From a virus, in IMG/VR virus record IMGVR_UViG_3300042945_003044: a stretch of 64,000 bases of DNA. The stretch is one strand, 5' to 3'. Each line of letters begins with the position of its first letter. Within the stretch, counting starts at the first letter, position 1. Positions 59,376 through 64,000 of this stretch are shown here, piece by piece. The notes beneath the pieces were generated by a model. That model did not search any database. It was not told the DNA's origin and saw nothing but the letters and a program-made list of their open reading frames with translations. A program made the position numbers and the translations under genes.

Positions 59376-59781
59376 GATATTTATTGCTTTTATATTGATT
59401 CTTTTTTGTTGTTTGGGTAGTACTACCAATGCTCAGGGTATCCAGCTCAGTCCACAAAATACGGGATTTAATTTAGACTATCTCATAGGAACTTATGGAG
59501 TGGGGACAGCGGCATCTACTGGTAACTTCGGACAGGCTGCCTTGATAGATAGTCAAGGTAATTTTTTATTAAAACAATCTCAGGCTAATATGAATAATCA
59601 AATAGCTTATGAACACTCTTTACGGAACGATTCATTAAAAACAGAAACCTATTTTGGTAAAAGACAAACTAATGGGTTTTATAGACATTTAGAAGAATGG
59701 CAGTCTAAAACCAAAGTTAAACTTAAGAGAGAGCACGGAGAATTAACAAGAGAGGATATTAGGTATTTATACGGAAGATAA
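59368..59781 (+). CDS. Secreted hypothetical protein resembling a Planctomycete-type family
   Basis: Signal peptide; A.LI.SQG.F....SQA..N...A....L.N....ETYF..R..N motif (family recalled, not searched). Confidence 0.55.
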   Translation: MSKIFIAFILILFCCLGSTTNAQGIQLSPQNTGFNLDYLIGTYGVGTAASTGNFGQAALIDSQGNFLLKQSQANMNNQIAYEHSLRNDSLKTETYFGKRQTNGFYRHLEEWQSKTKVKLKREHGELTREDIRYLYGR

Positions 59782-59785
59782 TACC

Positions 59786-60724
59786 TTATAGGACCGGATA
59801 CATAATTCCGAAACCCTCGTACCGCCTCTGACCTCTGTATAATGGATTGGACAGTTGCCTAGCCTTTGTTTTAAATATTTTGATATAGTCATCCACCGTT
59901 TTTAACATATTCTCCCTAGCAGAATATTTTATTTGTCTAACATGGCTTAGCAGCAGAGATGCGCACCCAACAGCAAATGGATTGCTCATACTAGTGCCGC
60001 TCATAAGAGCATAACTATTACCTGGGACACAGCTAAGAATATTGTGGCCCGGGGCTAGAAAATCCAGGGTTTCTCCGCTGCATGTAAAATCTGTTCTTTC
60101 TAAATTTTCATCAATCGCCCCTATACTAATAGTATGATCATATTTTGCAGGATACATGATGTCTACTGCTGGGCCGGAATTACCGGCGGCACAGAAAATC
60201 ACACAACCCTTTGAGGCCGCATAATTAACAGCTGCTTCTAATTGTTTTGATCTAGCGGGTGATCCTAATGACATCGTTATTAAATCTGCTTTAGCGTCTG
60301 CTGCCCATACAATAGCTTTAACGACATTATCTAGATCACCAGATCCGTCATCCCCCAGAGCTTTTATGGGCATTATTTTGGTTTTTGGTGCCACCCCAAC
60401 CATACCTAGAGTATTATCTTCTGCTGCTATTGTACCGCAAACATGGGTTCCATGACCGTTTCTATCCATAGGGTCTTGATTTAGTTCTACAAAATTTTTA
60501 CCTTGAATAATATTATTCTTTAAGTCAGGATGGTTAAAGTCGCACCCAGTATCTATTACTGCTACAACGACCCCTTCTCCCTTAGAATGCTTCCATTGTT
60601 TTTCTATATCGAATTTTTTGATCTCCCAACCAGAAAACTGAGCGATTGTTGGAGATAGACCATGAACATCTTCTCTGATATATGGTAATAAACCTATATT
60701 ATTTTTAGATCTTCTGTTTTTCAT
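59786..60724 (-). CDS. Subtilisin-like S8 peptidase
   Basis: VIDTG, HGTHVCG, AAGN, SGTSMS. Confidence 0.93.
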   Translation of the reverse strand: MKNRRSKNNIGLLPYIREDVHGLSPTIAQFSGWEIKKFDIEKQWKHSKGEGVVVAVIDTGCDFNHPDLKNNIIQGKNFVELNQDPMDRNGHGTHVCGTIAAEDNTLGMVGVAPKTKIMPIKALGDDGSGDLDNVVKAIVWAADAKADLITMSLGSPARSKQLEAAVNYAASKGCVIFCAAGNSGPAVDIMYPAKYDHTISIGAIDENLERTDFTCSGETLDFLAPGHNILSCVPGNSYALMSGTSMSNPFAVGCASLLLSHVRQIKYSARENMLKTVDDYIKIFKTKARQLSNPLYRGQRRYEGFGIMYPVL

Positions 60725-61476
60725 TTGTTATTATTCTCTAATTTAGAAATAGTATCGTTTAGCCAATCAATATGATCGCTAATTCTTGTATGACCACTTA
60801 AACTTCCGTATTCTGAATTTGAGCTTTTACCAAATCCTATAACACAAGAATGAATACCCGCAAGCCTATTATCAATAAATAAACCCCCACCACTATCTCC
60901 ACTAGCTATTAAAAATTCTAGTGTGGTTTTTCTTTCTCCTCCGGGACTACATATTAATAGACCCCTATCAACAGCATCTATTATATTCGATCCAGCTCTT
61001 TGCTTAGAATCATCCTTCACGGCACCTGTTGAAAAATCGCCGGTCATCCCATATCCAGAAAGAGAGCATATTTTTTTAATTTCGTTTTTTTCTGCATATA
61101 AATTAGGATACCATTTCAAACCCATAGAGTCGCTGGTTCGAGCAACTGCTATATCATAATATCCAAAATTTCTAGTTTCATATTTTTCGTGCTTAATAAT
61201 TTTGTTAAGCTTTAATACTTTATTATTAATTTTTATATAGCATTCTTTGCTTTTATCTACAACATGTGCTGCGGTGATAATAATATTATCTTTATGAGCT
61301 ACGGCAGAAGCGGAGAATGGTTTATCTTCTGTGTCGGTTCCTGTTATTTTAGCTACAAAAGGAAATCCTTGAGCATATTCAATATAGGCATCACTATGGT
61401 TGTTTGGGTCAATAGTCCCGCCCAAACAAGCGTTTAACAAAAAGCAAGCAAAAATTAAGCCAAGAATTGCTTTCAT
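60721..61476 (-). CDS. Trypsin-like S1 serine protease, secreted
   Basis: Signal peptide, TAAHV, DIAV, GDSGGG. Confidence 0.9.
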   Translation of the reverse strand: MKAILGLIFACFLLNACLGGTIDPNNHSDAYIEYAQGFPFVAKITGTDTEDKPFSASAVAHKDNIIITAAHVVDKSKECYIKINNKVLKLNKIIKHEKYETRNFGYYDIAVARTSDSMGLKWYPNLYAEKNEIKKICSLSGYGMTGDFSTGAVKDDSKQRAGSNIIDAVDRGLLICSPGGERKTTLEFLIASGDSGGGLFIDNRLAGIHSCVIGFGKSSNSEYGSLSGHTRISDHIDWLNDTISKLENNNK

Positions 61477-61786
61477 TGGATTGAACCTTTATTTTATAAG
61501 GTCGATTTTGTACCTTATCTAAATACACCTTTGTGTCTTCTAATACGTTCATATTCCAGCTGCTATAATCCATTAAATGACCAAAAATCAAATGGCATGA
61601 CGAACATAATGTGGCCAGATTTGAAGGGTCTAGCTCTCTTGACGGATTAACATGAAAAGGCTCTATATGATGGACTTGAAGATTTTTTGTGGACCCACAT
61701 GCAATACATTTTGGATTTAATTTAATATGTTGCGATCTTACAGTACTCCATTTAGGAGATCTAAGAGAAAAAATATTAAAAAACAT
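61409..61786 (-). CDS. HNH endonuclease
   Basis: RSPKW..VR, CIACG, VHHI.P, LC..CH...GH. Confidence 0.85.
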   Translation of the reverse strand: MFFNIFSLRSPKWSTVRSQHIKLNPKCIACGSTKNLQVHHIEPFHVNPSRELDPSNLATLCSSCHLIFGHLMDYSSWNMNVLEDTKVYLDKVQNRPYKIKVQSNESNSWLNFCLLFVKRLFGRDY

Positions 61787-61799
61787 ATATATTTTTATC

Positions 61800-61916
61800 C
61801 TAATTAAATGTGATCTGGTCGCCGTCTTCACTGACGATGCACGGCCGCACTTCGTCCAGCGTGTAGCCGCGCTGGCGGCAGCGGGCGGCTAAGTGTTCTT
61901 TGGGGCAAGTAATCAT
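61800..61916 (-). pseudogene. Truncated N-terminal fragment of a high-GC phage gene
   Basis: MITCPKEHLAARCRQRGYTLDEVRPCIVSEDGDQIT ends where GC drops; ATGA-coupled to the upstream gene. Confidence 0.55.
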
Positions 61917-62341
61917 GGCAAAAGATTTGGAACGCACTGCCCATCCACGCACTCGCACCCTTCGGGGCACGGGTTCGACTGTTTCTCTGGCGGGCACTCA
62001 AGCCCGAGTGCTTGCGAAGTGGAAACAACCATACCGCAGCCAAACTGCCATAAGGGATTGTCGGCGTTGAAGTTGTCGGCAAACTCCTGAGCTTCCGCAC
62101 CTGTCGCGAAAAACGCAGGCGCGTTCCATCGTTCTTGGCAGCCAAGGGCATCGGCGCAACCGTCGCCATTGAAGCCGCACTGGCCGTCAGGCGAGCAGCA
62201 ATAGGCGACATAGCAACTGGTGTCGCACGGGCCGGAACAACCGCACCCCTGCTGGCATTCCGCTAAAGTATTATACGGCCCGCTTATGGCGTTTAATGGA
62301 GGGTTATTAATTGGAAATTGTTGGCATGGCATATTATTCAA
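61913..62341 (-). CDS. Cys-rich hypothetical protein, chimeric (AT-rich 5' end, high-GC remainder)
   Basis: Many Cys; composition switch near 62270. Confidence 0.6.
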   Translation of the reverse strand: MNNMPCQQFPINNPPLNAISGPYNTLAECQQGCGCSGPCDTSCYVAYCCSPDGQCGFNGDGCADALGCQERWNAPAFFATGAEAQEFADNFNADNPLWQFGCGMVVSTSQALGLECPPEKQSNPCPEGCECVDGQCVPNLLP

Positions 62342-62347
62342 TTCTAA

Positions 62348-64000
<1,653 letters not shown>

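Noticed and set aside
61828-62211. Other ORFs in the high-GC insert (61828-62211, 61893-62090, 61998-62180)
   Set aside because: Overlap the better-supported Cys-rich gene and the ATGA-coupled fragment

Overview
AT-rich (roughly one-third GC by eye), densely coded, operon-organised segment of a large (jumbo-type) dsDNA bacteriophage, standard genetic code, cut inside genes at both ends. A Planctomycetota host is inferred from remembered protein-family resemblances and not demonstrated. Layout: (1) 1-3483, C-terminal part of a very large probable virion protein; (2) 3496-50937, one long minus-strand block with recombination/replication genes (Rad52-like annealase, SSB, DnaE split into two intein-free genes around a DnaQ-like exonuclease, RecB/Cas4-like nuclease, dNMP kinase, primase, DnaB, RecA), a run of eight glycosyltransferase-pathway folds of which most look degenerate, nucleotide metabolism genes (PhoH, MazG-like, class Id-type RNR, dCMP deaminase, GMP reductase), a holin/membrane/papain-peptidase cassette, virion genes including a high-GC repeat solenoid, ClpP, a DeoC-like pseudoenzyme, a sigma factor, glycan genes (glf, GT34-, GT77-like) and a macrodomain; (3) 51114-59781, a plus-strand glycan operon including a GT60 (Skp1 hydroxyproline GlcNAc-transferase-like) gene; (4) 59786-64000, subtilisin, trypsin, HNH, a high-GC insert and an extensin-like protein with two runs of exactly 64 prolines. 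The best candidate for a new system is a phage-encoded, eukaryote-style glycosylation pathway acting on polyproline virion rods. A recurring GGTGTAT motif upstream of genes is a candidate phage-sigma promoter. No tRNA, rRNA, CRISPR array or IS element was recognised.
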